From Macrostomum lignano (taxonomy: Eukaryota), in assembly GCA_002269645.1 (NCBI GenBank), contig NIVC01001969.1, positions 33,530 through 97,529 of the forward strand: a DNA stretch of 64,000 bases, given 5' to 3'. Below, piece after piece: positions 53,047 to 64,000 of the stretch. The notes beneath the pieces were generated by a model. It saw only the letters and a list, made by a program, of their open reading frames with translations, had not been told where the DNA came from and did no database searches. Both the position numbers and the translations under genes were made by a program. Each line of letters opens with the position of its first letter. Position 1 is the stretch's first letter.

Positions 53047-53275
53047 TCACAACAACAAAAACACCACTAAACAAGTTAAGGTCATGCAGTCAGGGTGAGC
53101 TTGATGGTGTGCCCAAAGGTCAGCAGCAGGACGTCCTGAATAGAGGCTGGGGCATAGCTCTGGGCCCAGTTATCAGCAGGGACACTTTCTAGACCAGTTG
53201 GAGTCGCCGACGACGCCAAAATCCGCTTGGATGGACCGGCGATACCGTCGCGTGTTGGTGATTTGGTCAACTTAA
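53047..53275 (-). mobile_element. Short 3' fragment of a related RTE-type LINE
   Basis: Minus strand gives RRRRLQLV and AQSYAPASIQDVLLLTF, similar to AESYCPQPVQEVLLLTL in the 48.8-kb LINE, and ends in ttgttgttg. Confidence 0.7.
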
Positions 53276-53589
53276 CTTAGTAACAAACGTAAGCCCTGAG
53301 CATCGGCAGCACATCTATTTTGCTTACACAAAGTTTCTACATTTTTTAGAAAAAGTAAAATTTCTCAAGTACTTTTGTTTGAATTGTTTGAGTTGTCCAG
53401 GCCTGACCAGCGACTGGTGCATCTAGAGGGCTAGGGATAAAAAGGCTGCTACGGTCCTCTTTTTCAATTCTGGGAAATGCGGACTTGCTTTCCACTGGAT
53501 TTCCAATCTAATCTAATCTAATCTAATCTAATCTAATCTAATCTATCTATCTATCTATCTCTCTATCTATCTATCTCTCTATCTATGTT

Positions 53590-54545
53590 CTATGTATTCC
53601 GTGTACTGCACGTAGAGCACTGTCATATTGTTATAGTTAAGTTAAGAAAAATTAACCAACCACAAAGATTGAGTCATTCAGGTTCAAATCCAGTAGAACA
53701 GAAGTCAGACCAACCCATTGACGAACTTTCATTTTCACTTTCTTCATTGATGAATGCTTTCCTTCATTATTCTTGTTTCCACAAGTTGAGCATTTTTGGG
53801 GCTGAACCCGTAAATCTTACAAATTGCCCTGGAGGGCCTGTGCAGGTTTACGGACTTCAATACATTCTTGTCTCCAAGATTTTACCTTGATAAACTTTCA
53901 AATCAGAAAGTAAAACAAACTAGACACGCATATTATAAACTTCTGACGATACTGTGAGTCCTTGTCTAGTATGCTTTATTAGTTCTTGGTCAGCTCTTGA
54001 CTTCGCCTGCATGTTGTAGCCTATTGCATAGAGCGTCGGACTCATGACTAAAAGGTCGGGGGTTCGATTTTCGACCCACTCGGAACAATTTGTGTCCTTG
54101 AGCATGACACTTAACTCTGCATTGCTTCAGTTCACCCAGCTGTAAAATGGGCGCCAGCATTAGCTGGGGTAATTGAGGGTGTGTCCTGGGACCCCCCTCC
54201 AGTCCTTCAGTTGCCAAGCCTTCGTAGACTTTGATGCCAAAGCTCACAGGTGATGCTGACATCTTGGACTCCATAGCTGAATTTTTGAGCTGATGCTTTG
54301 CTCTAGACATCAGTTTCCTGAGGATACTACTCGTACCAAATAGCAACCTAAATGGTCAAAACCAAAATGTAGTTGATTAAAAAATTATATTGCTTTCTTA
54401 AATTGTTGCCTCCCAACAGGAGACGGCGCAGATTGCTAGCGGGAGGCTACACAGGGGGTATGTTCCAGCGGCCCAGGCTCGATTCCAAATGCAGTCACAT
54501 TGGAATCTTGGCTTGGCTCTGCTCGTGCAATTAACGTCCTTGCGG
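53590..54545 (+). repeat. Segmental duplication, copy B (contains the SINE at 54011-54197), preceded by a short (CTAAT)n/(CTAT)n tract at 53505-53585
   Basis: Colinear with 46975-47880. Confidence 0.9.
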
Positions 54546-55984
54546 GCCAACCCCCGAGGCATACTGCATCCTAACGATAATAAAGTTCTGTGTGAGTGCA
54601 TATGTGCCTGTGCGTATGACTGCGTACGTATCCGCGTGTTGCCTTTTCTGCATTGGAAAAATGGAGAATTTCCTGCAAAGCTTCGCTAGGGTTTCTCAAA
54701 TTTTGACAATTCATTTCACTTTCTTGAAAAAAGTATACCCAATATTAATTTTTATACTCTCCACCAGTCTCTAAATTTACTTTGTAGAAGCCACGCAACT
54801 TTATCCAGAAATGTAGAGAGAGAATTGTGCAACTACCTTTAGATTCATTTGTTCCCATTCTACTGTAAACCAGGTCGGGCTTCATTATTTGAGCCAAATT
54901 CAGATCCGGTTGTGAAACTTAATAAGAAATCAACATGCAACAGCGACTTGTGTGAGAGTTTGCATTCGGCCATCATCGGGTTTGGTGCGACATGTAAACA
55001 TTTATCTTGGCAACTGCAAACTCTGATATTTAACGCTGATTTAGTCGGGGCTAACAAAAAGTTTTCCCAGCGAGTTCAGTTTTTATTGAACTCTAAAAAA
55101 ATGAAGGATTTGTCTTTTATCAAAATTAAAACTAGTCTGCTAAATCGTCTGAACAGCACTGCAGGGGCTCTGCGAAATGCTTTGGCTCATGGTGGGAATA
55201 GCTGAGATGTCAAGGGGGACATTGCTGAAATGCTGTGGCTCATAGGGGGAGGAGTTGCTCAGATGCCGAGGGTTAATTTGGAATTTTTGGTATTCCTTTA
55301 TTTGTTGCCTCCCCAAACAAAAATGAAGGCGCCGATTGATAGTATCTTCTATTTGCTGATTGAGAAAGGGTTTTGGGTAGATGAAGGAAACTTTTTTGGC
55401 TCATGAAATTTTTATTCATGGCAACTTGGCGTCATTTTTAAGGCCCCCCAGCGGGGGGCTAAATGGCTAGTCTAAATTTCTAAATCTTTCCGGGTGATGC
55501 ATTGTCAGTGTTACATGTAGAATTATAGGTGCTAAAAAACTTAAACCTTTGCAATGATCAGTTTCAGGCTGAACTAAAATTATTCTATCGTTCAAAGGCT
55601 CCACTACAGCTCTTATAATTTTTGTCTATGGTAAATTCGCCAATATGACGACTCTTCGTGTTGTTTTATCCGATTTTATTCAGGCTTGTCAGTTTGAACA
55701 AGCAGTGACAGTGGGAAAAACCTCGAAATTAACAAAACTTCATGGCTTTGAAGTTACGAGGGTATTTTTGGAGCTTACTTGTACTGTGTTACTTGAGGAG
55801 TAGTTTGCTGGGAGTACATGTAGTTTGAAGTGGAAAACTTCTAAAAAATTAATTTCTAAATTAAAACCTTATTGTTTCAAAGCCAATTTAAAAACAATTA
55901 TCTTCCCTTCCATCTGAAAAATTAGCCAGAAGTTTTGGTTTCTTTTTCACATCGGATCGATAGCCTGGCAGGATAAAAAGTCAG

Positions 55985-56692
55985 TCAGCAACGCACGAAG
56001 TAGTCTCCATCGGTGCTGCTCAGACTGGCAGGCGGGTAGGCGAACCTCAGCAGGTGGCACAGACGCTGCTGGCCAGAGAAAATCGCAGCCTGGCAGTCAG
56101 CTGAGGCCTCGCACAGCCCCATGCACTCGATGTCGGTTCGGGCAGCGCTGGTCCAGTAGGTGCTCTGGGTGGACTCCACCGTCTGGTTGGGCATCTGCGA
56201 CTGCTTGAAATACTTTTTATCTGTAAAAATACAAACTGGCTTTAACAAAATTGGCAAAAATTTGTTTGAAAATTCTTTAAAAATTGTAGAAGGCCCACCT
56301 GGGTCGGCCAAAGCGAACATGGAGTTGCGCCACCGACCCCCACATTTAGCAGCTCCGTTCCCAGTGCAGACGCGGTTGCAGTCGGTCTCGCTAGCAGCTC
56401 TCAAAGATCCGTAGGAGGTGCCGCAGGAGCAAAACAGACCGAACTGCACCCCGAAGTACGGGAAGCCGCCGAGAGAGCAGACGCTGCTGCAGAGCTCGTG
56501 AGTCATACTGGCGCTTCTCACCCCAAGACTGTCAGTGCTAAACTGTCCAATTCTGCTCACTCCAGTGAGTCCTCTCAGGTCTCTGCCTCGATTGTCCACA
56601 AAGCAGCCAATGTAGGACACCTGAGTTACTCTATTGGCGGCACAGAGCACCTTGACGGCGAGACCCACAATGCAGACGAAAGTCTTGAGCAT
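55985..56692 (-). CDS. Secreted WSC + PAN/Apple-like domain protein (cluster gene 3, intact, 209 aa spliced)
   Basis: Exons 56692-56299 and 56220-55985 with a 78-nt in-frame phase-1 intron. Same WSC and C-terminal 4-Cys motifs as gene 1; TATAAAA at 56778-56772. Confidence 0.9.
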   Translation of the reverse strand: MLKTFVCIVGLAVKVLCAANRVTQVSYIGCFVDNRGRDLRGLTGVSRIGQFSTDSLGVRSASMTHELCSSVCSLGGFPYFGVQFGLFCSCGTSYGSLRAASETDCNRVCTGNGAAKCGGRWRNSMFALADPGGPSTIFKEFSNKFLPILLKPVCIFTDKKYFKQSQMPNQTVESTQSTYWTSAARTDIECMGLCEASADCQAAIFSGQQRLCHLLRFAYPPASLSSTDGDYFVRC

Positions 56693-57032
56693 TGCTACTT
56701 GAGTAGCTGGGATTTTAGTTCTGCCGTTGGTCTTACTAGTGCAGTAGGCGATAAAAGCTGTGTTTGTCTGCTTTTATACCGGTTTTTAGAGACAATCTGG
56801 TTGGTTAAAAGCCAGTAAACTAATGAGCTCAATGTACTACTTAAAGTGGCATACCTAAATTGATATTGATGGTAGTTTTAACTTCAGTTGATGAGATTCT
56901 CTGACCATCAGGTTCAGGCAGTGGCTTTTGATTCTCGCAAGTAAAATACAATGCTTTTTTCGTTTGTGTTTCGTCCAAATGAACGATTCAAGAAACAACT
57001 TGATGCAATAACTAAAAATGAGCAATGGTAGA

Positions 57033-57138
57033 TTGTATAGTATGCAACTGAGTTGAATAATGGCCAAAACTCGAGTGCGCGTAGCGCGTAGCGCACTCGA
57101 GTTTTGGCCATTATTTAACTCAGTTGCATACTATACAA
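57033..57138. repeat. 106-bp near-perfect palindrome (48-bp arms, 10-nt loop), probably part of a non-autonomous DNA element
   Basis: ttgtatagtatgcaactgagttgaataatggccaaaactcgagtgcgc-gtagcgcgta-reverse complement, with one mismatch. Confidence 0.9.
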
Positions 57139-58139
57139 GTGCATTGTATTGATACTTTCACTCAGCGCTCAGTCATTGTGTCATGCTGTACGCTCATTAT
57201 TCCACGCTTAGGGATCATTATTTTAGGCTTCTAAAAATACATTCATGAGACAATGTGTTTGTGTATATGGTTTTGTCATAGACAATGATAAATTTTAGTC
57301 ACTCGTGGCTTCGCCACTCGTGAAAATTTTATCATTGTCTACCTCCAAAACCATATACACAATCTATCATTATTCCACACTTTTGCGGCATTATTCCACA
57401 CTTTTGTCGCTGTCATTATTCCACACTTTTTATCATGCTTCATTTGGCTGTTTTAAGAGTTGTTTTACCCAAAGACAACTGAGTTGTGTGGCTTAGTTTC
57501 ACCATAGACAACACTGTGATGAGTGCTGATTTTGCTTGGGTCTTGCAAGAAATCAGGAAAGCGAGTAGTGGGAGAAAAAGCTATTTGTCTTGTCAAACAA
57601 CTATGGCTCTAGTGCATCTCGTCAAACAGCCGCGCTTATTAATTGAAAAAATCTTCCTGTCGACGACTGAACGAACCATGCGGTGCTACCTAGGAAGAAA
57701 ACTCGACCATGCAGTCTTCAACGCCTCGACGGCTATAAACGATGCCTGAAAGCGGCCAATCGATTCAGTCGAGCAGCCGACAGTCCCAAAGAATCCCAGC
57801 TTGGATACTGCGGTACCAAAGAAGCTCATCAGACGAAGCTCATCAGTCGCATGCCAACTTAACCAAGACGTGCATCTTTCAAATGGTAAGTTCGGCAACT
57901 ATACTTAAGCACCTGTATTCCTCTTTCATAGAAAACATTCAACATAGACCAACTCCTTTTGCAGTGCCAAATCATCAGGCTAAAGTGTCGAGCATCTTTG
58001 AAAACTGCGGCTTTGTATGGTACACATCAAAACTGTGGAATAATGGCCAAAATATTTTTTCATTGCGTCTGGGTAAAAGTATAATTACAATGAGACAGCA
58101 ATGATTTACATTGTAGGACCTGATCTGTATGCTGCAGTG

Positions 58140-58770
58140 CACGCCTACGCAGCTTTATCCAGAAATGTAGAGAAAGTGTGCAAATCGTGTTAGAGTAATT
58201 TTTCCTATATAAACCCAAGTAAGGCTTCGCTATTTGAGCAAAATTCAGATCCGGTCGTGAAACTCGAATAAGAAATCAACATGTAGCAGCAGCTCTACTT
58301 GTGAGAGTTCGCATCCGACCTCGGGGTTGGTGCGATATGCAAACATTTATCTCGGCAACTGCAAACTCTGGTACAAATATCGCAAGGGGGGAGTTGCTGA
58401 GATTCCTCCATTTTTTAGCACACTTCTATATGAATAGAAACTGTACAAGGTCAAAATCTGCATGTAGTTTATTCAAACATTTTATTCCTTTCTTTGTTGA
58501 CTCCCTAACACAGGAAGGCAGATTGCTAGTATCTTCTATAAGCTTTCTTTAATCTTTTAGAAGACGATTGAACAGAAAATTTCAAAAATTCAGAAGGTGA
58601 TTTAGCTACTCGTACATGTAGCTAGTAGGTGCTAAACAACTTAAATCTCTGCGATTATCAATTTCAGACTTTATTTCAATCAGTCTATGGTTCAAAGGCT
58701 CCGCACTGCTGTTATAATTTCTTGTCTATGGTAAATTCACAAATATGGCGACTCTTCTGTTGTTTTATCC
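58140..58770 (+). repeat. Duplicated downstream flank of the WSC genes (paralogous to ~54795-55050 and ~55505-55680)
   Basis: Shared ctttatccagaaatgtagag, aaattcagatccggt, ggtgctaaa.aacttaaa and tctatggtaaattc blocks, offset ~3.1-3.35 kb. Confidence 0.8.
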
Positions 58771-58927
58771 ATGAATGATTTGGTCAAATCTGAACCAATC
58801 TGCACCAACCACACCAATTTAAATAAAGAAAAAAGCAAATCACGTTTAAGTTTAATCAAGTGTAAGTTTGTTTTAGGCTTAATTTTATCAGCATTATTGT
58901 CCAATATTTATCGAGTACGAGTCCCTA

Positions 58928-59687
58928 CTATGAAGCCATCAAGCGCGGGGGGAAGAACTCCCCAGTCACGTTCGCCAGAGACGGCGGCACTCCAGCAAAC
59001 GGCAGCAGGTAGCACAGGCGCTGATGTTGCGAGAGCAACACAGCTTGACATTCGTTGGTTGTGCTGCACTCATTCAGGCAGGTCATCAGACTGCATGCCG
59101 CGGTAAGCCGGTCGAGGGAAAGAATCTCAGACAGTGAAGCTGGCGCGATCCACAGCGACGTTGAAGCTTTTCATTGCTGAAAAGTGGCAGTATACTGGTA
59201 GTTCTTGTATAGTAATTATATATTCTGTAACAGTTCTTGACAATCTTGAGAGAAGACATTGGACGAAGCAAAATATTTACAATGCTATAAGCGATTCTTG
59301 GATCTGGTCCGCCGCAGATGTCGCTCGATTGACTGGCGCAGTTCACGAAGCATTGGTCTGTGCTGGCCGCTCCTTGCGAGCCGTACGAGAGCCCGCGGTA
59401 GCACTCCTTGCCGAACTGCACGCCGAAGTACGGGAAGCCGCCCAGAGAGCAGATGCGGCTGCACAGTTACAGCGTCATGGACGTGTTGGAGACGCGGCCG
59501 GTGGAGTGCACGGAAAACTCGGCCAGGCTCTGCACTCCCTGCAGTCCGGAAGGTCCCTGGCACCGTCTCTCGCGTCTACGTAGCATCCGAGATATTCAAA
59601 TCGGGCGAGTCTCCTAGCAGCGCACAGAAGCAAGAGGCACAGGGACAGCGCCATGAAAATCAATTGCCGGTTTCTCAGTGCCTTCAT
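58928..59687 (-). pseudogene. WSC + PAN/Apple-like cluster gene 4, pseudogene
   Basis: Signal peptide and EYLGCYVD...RDLP, then a 1-nt deletion near 59545. TAA replaces Glu (TL*LCSRICSLGGFPYFGVQFG). Exon 2 (TCLNECSTTNECQAVLLSQHQRLCYLL) carries a further stop/frameshift. Confidence 0.85.
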
Positions 59688-60870
59688 GGTCTCCAGCGAC
59701 AAGCAGCAGTACTGCGTTTTGTCCTGTTTCTCTGGAGAAGCTTCTGTCAAATCAGCTCGGGAGTGAAGCGAATTTATCCCCAACTGCCGAATGAGTGAAA
59801 GACCACGGTAAACAACTCAAACCTACTGGCTGACGAGTTCGTTAATCCAAATGGATGGTAAAAAAGTCACTTATGAAAAACAAAAGGAGACAATTCTGAT
59901 AGAATTAATTTGCATATCTACTAATAAAGGACTGATTAAATATTTGCTGCATGTTTGTAGTTAAGTAACCTAAAAGCCGGAGGTTTGCATTCCAATCGAT
60001 TAGCTCGCATGGCGGCCTCTCAGACGCGTCAATATCTTTCCCAAGCTCCAGATGCTTGTATTCCACTCTAGTAGCTCGAATGACTGCCTCTCAGGTGCGT
60101 TAATGTATTTCTCAAGCTCCAGAACCTTGATGCCAATTAAAATGGAGTGTGCTATTCATCGCATTCAGCTGACTTGCAGAACTTTTTGTGTAATTCTAAA
60201 GCAGCTTATAATGAAAGCTCGCTCTGGAAGAGTGACTATCGAAATGAAGCCAACGCTTCAAAGTCCAGAATTTTTTATCCTTAGTGGACTCTTGAGTATA
60301 GCAAATTATAGGCTGAGCCCACTTGAGTGTGAGAAGTCGTTGCGACAGAGTTGCATTCGAAGCACCTTTTATCGAGGGAGCACTTTAATTATCTTTCATC
60401 ATTTTGGATTTCGGTTGAAGTTCGGTTGCGAGCATATAGCACACACTGATAACAATACGAGCGTAATGTAGCAAATTGTACACATCATGCGACGGCCATG
60501 GACACAGGCACAGCACATGACAAGACTATAGAGAGCAACTTCATTCTAATTGAAACTAAGAGAAACACACTGGAAAATCACGTGATTTGATATTTCAGTT
60601 TTTTGGGTCCTGTTGTCTTATGCTTGTCTTACGCTCTCGTTATCCTATTCTCTTGATCGCTTGAAGAAATCTTGTTTTCTTTATCTATATTGTTCGCTAG
60701 CTCCCTCAAGTAGGTCCGACTTTGACTTGTGATAGCAGTATTGCTTCCATATTTTCAATCCAAAGCCTATTAAATAGAAAAAAGATGCACCTCCCGAGTT
60801 TTTAGTCTCTACTGTATACGCTTATAATTGGTAATTTGGCCCATAGAAACGCAATCTGAAATCAATCTTT

Positions 60871-62237
60871 AGGCCTTAGACAGCAAATCTGAGAGCTAAG
60901 AGTATAAACATTGATATAACCGCAATGTGACGCAGTCCAGTGTCCTTCAGGCCTTAGACAGCAAATCTGAGAGCTAAGAGTATAAACATTGATATAACCG
61001 CAATGTGACGCAGTCCAGTGTCCTTCAGGCCATAGACAGCAAATCTGAGAGCTAAGAGTATAAACATTGATATAACCGCAATGTGACGCAGTCCAGTGTC
61101 CTTCAGGCCATAGACAGCAAATCTGAGAGCTAAGAGTATAAACATTGATATAACCGCAATGTGACGCAGTCCAGTGTCCTTCAGGCCATAGACAGCAAAT
61201 CTGAGAGCTAAGAGTATAAACATTGATATAACCGCAATGTGACGCAGTCCAGTGTCCTTCAGGCCTTAGACAGCAAATCTGAGAGCTAAGAGTATAAACA
61301 TTGATATAACCGCAATGTGACGCAGTCCAGTGTCCTTCAGGCCATAGACAGCAAATCTGAGAGCTAAGAGTATAAACATTGATATAACCGCAATGTGACG
61401 CAGTCCAGTGTCCTTCAGGCCTTAGACAGCAAATCTGAGAGCTAAGAGTATAAACATTGATATAACCGCAATGTGACGCAGTCCAGTGTCCTTCAGGCCA
61501 TAGACAGCAAATCTGAGAGCTAAGAGTATAAACATTGATATAACCGCAATGTGACGCAGTCCAGTGTCCTTCAGGCCATAGACAGCAAATCTGAGAGCTA
61601 AGAGTATAAACATTGATATAACCGCAATGTGACGCAGTCCAGTGTCCTTCAGGCCATAGACAGCAAATCTGAGAGCTAAGAGTATAAACATTGATATAAC
61701 CGCAATGTGACGCAGTCCAGTGTCCTTCAGGCCATAGACAGCAAATCTGAGAGCTAAGAGTATAAACATTGATATAACCGCAATGTGACGCAGTCCAGTG
61801 TCCTTCAGGCCTTAGACAGCAAATCTGAGAGCTAAGAGTATAAACATTGATATAACCGCAATGTGACGCAGTCCAGTGTCCTTCAGGCCATAGACAGCAA
61901 ATCTGAGAGCTAAGAGTATAAACATTGATATAACCGCAATGTGACGCAGTCCAGTGTCCTTCAGGCCTTAGACAGCAAATCTGAGAGCTAAGAGTATAAA
62001 CATTGATATAACCGCAATGTGACGCAGTCCAGTGTCCTTCAGGCCATAGACAGCAAATCTGAGAGCTAAGAGTATAAACATTGATATAACCGCAATGTGA
62101 CGCAGTCCAGTGTCCTTCAGGCCATAGACAGCAAATCTGAGAGCTAAGAGTATAAACATTGATATAACCGCAATGTGACGCAGTCCAGTGTCCTTCAGGC
62201 CATAGACAGCAAATCTGAGAGCTAAGAGTATAAACAT
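60871..62237. repeat. 78-bp tandem repeat, ~17.5 near-identical copies
   Basis: Unit aggcc(a/t)tagacagcaaatctgagagctaagagtataaacattgatataaccgcaatgtgacgcagtccagtgtccttc. One variable site, no spacers. Confidence 0.97.
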
Positions 62238-62743
62238 GATATGCGACGCAGTCCAGTGTCGATGGGAATCACAGTTTTTAATTTATTGGAAAATTTCATG
62301 GCCAGTCCAGAAAATCAACCAGTTAAAAAACGTGAATAAAAAAGTTAAAACGCCGTCAATTCCGAATCAGCAACTTGCAGCCAGAAATTAATCATGGAAA
62401 CAGGGAGTCAGAGTAAAGTCAAAGTTTATTCGAGTTTCAAGAGACTCATATTCTGCCTCTTCACAGCACTTTTGACCGATTTGACAGCTTAACATATGGA
62501 GGCTGAAAATTTCCAAGTTTGGAAAGCAAACTTGCTGATTCCACGTTGAATTGAAATTGCCAGAAACTATGGTACGACGTAAGTCTAATAAATTTGCTGT
62601 TTGAGATTGGGTTAGTTTAATATGGTACGATATGACATAGGTCCCCTTCTGTCTGAGGAACAGTGAATCTGCATCAAGGACCACTGTCAGTAGAACATTC
62701 AGCTTCATCTGAATAGATAGGTCCAAAAATCATCTTAACACCT

Positions 62744-64000
62744 CTAAGATATTTTACTAAATTGATTGAAGCCTTTAAAATATTTTGGGTGCAATGGTAA
62801 CCTTGTTTTAGCATTAGTTTCAGCCTGAATTCGGCTCCAATTTCGAATCAACGTCTTTTCCAGAGACTCAGCACGCAGAAAGTACACTCCGATGGTGCTG
62901 TTAAAGCTGGCAGGCGGGTAGGCGAACCTCAGCAAGTAGCAGAGACGCTGCTGGGCAGCGAAGATCAAGGCTGGACAGGCCTCGCACAGGGACAGGCACT
63001 CGAATACTGTCTCGGCAGTTCTGATCCAGTGCGTTGGTTTCGTGGATTCGACAGTCAAAGTAGGCAGGCTCTGCTTAGTGAAGAGGTTTTTCTCTGGAAT
63101 AATAATGCGCGTCGCTTGTATGTTGAGGTCGTTTCAGACATTTCTTTTTCAACAGCTAGTGTACTCAGCTTACTATAATGCATGCTTTTTAGTTTAGCTT
63201 AGTTCCCATTCCCAGTAAGTCAGCGCCCCCCCCCCTGCAGATACCAGATTCGCAATGGAAATACAAAGGCTGAAGTTGAGTCTGCACTGTGCAAACTCTG
63301 CCACCAGCAACTGAAGGAGGGGGAATTCAGTTTGCGTTTTCACTACAAAATAACTTACATGACCTTTATTTAACCTTTTATCCAGAAGAAAAAAATTGAT
63401 CATCGAACAGAGAAAATACGAGTACATTGTTAATTTTTCAATTTTCAAAAATAATGCATTGTTAACGATAGGCGACAAAGTGACTACCTAAACTCTAACA
63501 AAACTGTACCATTAACCAAACACAAAACCTAACCTAAAACCTAACCTAAACCCTATCCCAAACCCTTATCTAAACCCTAACCTAAACCGCCAGCAGTCAA
63601 AAGCCTGAATCCCCAGTAAAGCAACTTCGCTCACCCGGGTAGGTCAGTGCGTACACCGAACTGCGCCAGGAGGCTCCGCACATTCGACCTGGGTTGCCGC
63701 GGCAGGGAGTGTTGCAGTCGGTCTCGATGGCCGTCCCAGCGATCCATAAGAGGGGCCGCACATGCACTGCGACCCAGTCTGCACTCCCAGGTAGGGAAAT
63801 CCACCGAGCGAGCAGACTTCGGCGCAGTACTCAGGCTCATCAGGGAGCCGCTGCTCACCAACAGACTAAAAACGGTGGTGAAGTTCCAATTCTGGTGACT
63901 CCAATTGGATGCCAGTGAGGTCTCTTTTCGAGCCATCCTTAAAGCAGCCAAGGTACGACAGTCGGACCGCTCTGGAGTCCGCACAGGATGTCAGCAGAGC
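62744..64000 (-). pseudogene. WSC + PAN/Apple-like cluster gene 5, frameshifted, 5' end outside the window
   Basis: Exon 1 (>64000-63635): VRLSYLGCFKDGSKRDL...EYCAEVCSLGGFPYLGVQTGSQCMCG...CGASWRSSVYALTYP, with at least 3 small indels. Exon 2 (63093-62744) has a 3-codon deletion and a lost stop. Confidence 0.82.
63505..63590. repeat. Degenerate CCTAA/CCCTAA-rich tract in the WSC gene 5 intron
   Basis: aacctaacctaaaacctaacctaaaccctatcccaaacccttatctaaaccctaacctaaacc. Confidence 0.6.

Noticed and set aside
57826-57852. Hammerhead-like CTGATGAG (minus strand, twice) and CTGACGAG at ~59829
   Set aside because: No stem II followed by GAAA in register.
60871-62237. CRISPR array or 26-aa repeat protein
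   Set aside because: There are no unique spacers or cas genes and the context is eukaryotic. The T variant creates a TAA in 6 of 18 units of the open frame.
63505-63590. Interstitial telomere
   Set aside because: Too degenerate, with no run of perfect TTAGGG; more likely a simple-repeat or MITE remnant in an intron.

Overview
Repeat-rich metazoan (eukaryotic) genomic DNA. There are no prokaryotic features and no CRISPR. Short 78-82 nt introns, polyQ-rich coding sequence, an NPF gene and dense minisatellites suggest a flatworm such as Macrostomum (inference only). Reconstructed genes: (1) ZMIZ1/tonalli-like SP-RING protein, one 1566-nt ORF on the minus strand; (2) complete 6-exon UCP4/SLC25A27 (317 aa); (3) a 2-exon neuropeptide F precursor whose RPRF is followed directly by KR, with no amidation Gly; (4) a 3-exon PKA type II regulatory-subunit-like protein with intact cAMP cassettes, a degenerate inhibitor site (KNES instead of RRxS) and no visible docking domain; (5) a cluster of five paralogous two-exon secreted WSC + PAN/Apple-like genes, two intact and three disrupted. 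Mobile DNA: an internally deleted Gypsy-like LTR element with an extra decayed ORF, an RTE-type LINE with target-site duplication, a second LINE 3' fragment, tRNA/CORE-type SINEs, a hAT BED-finger fragment and MITE-like pieces. About 15 tandem-repeat arrays account for most long ORFs in the track, including a 23-bp satellite with a 1610-bp higher-order repeat. An ~8 kb CpG-depleted domain lies upstream of ZMIZ. All work was done by eye; family assignments come from recalled motifs, not database searches.
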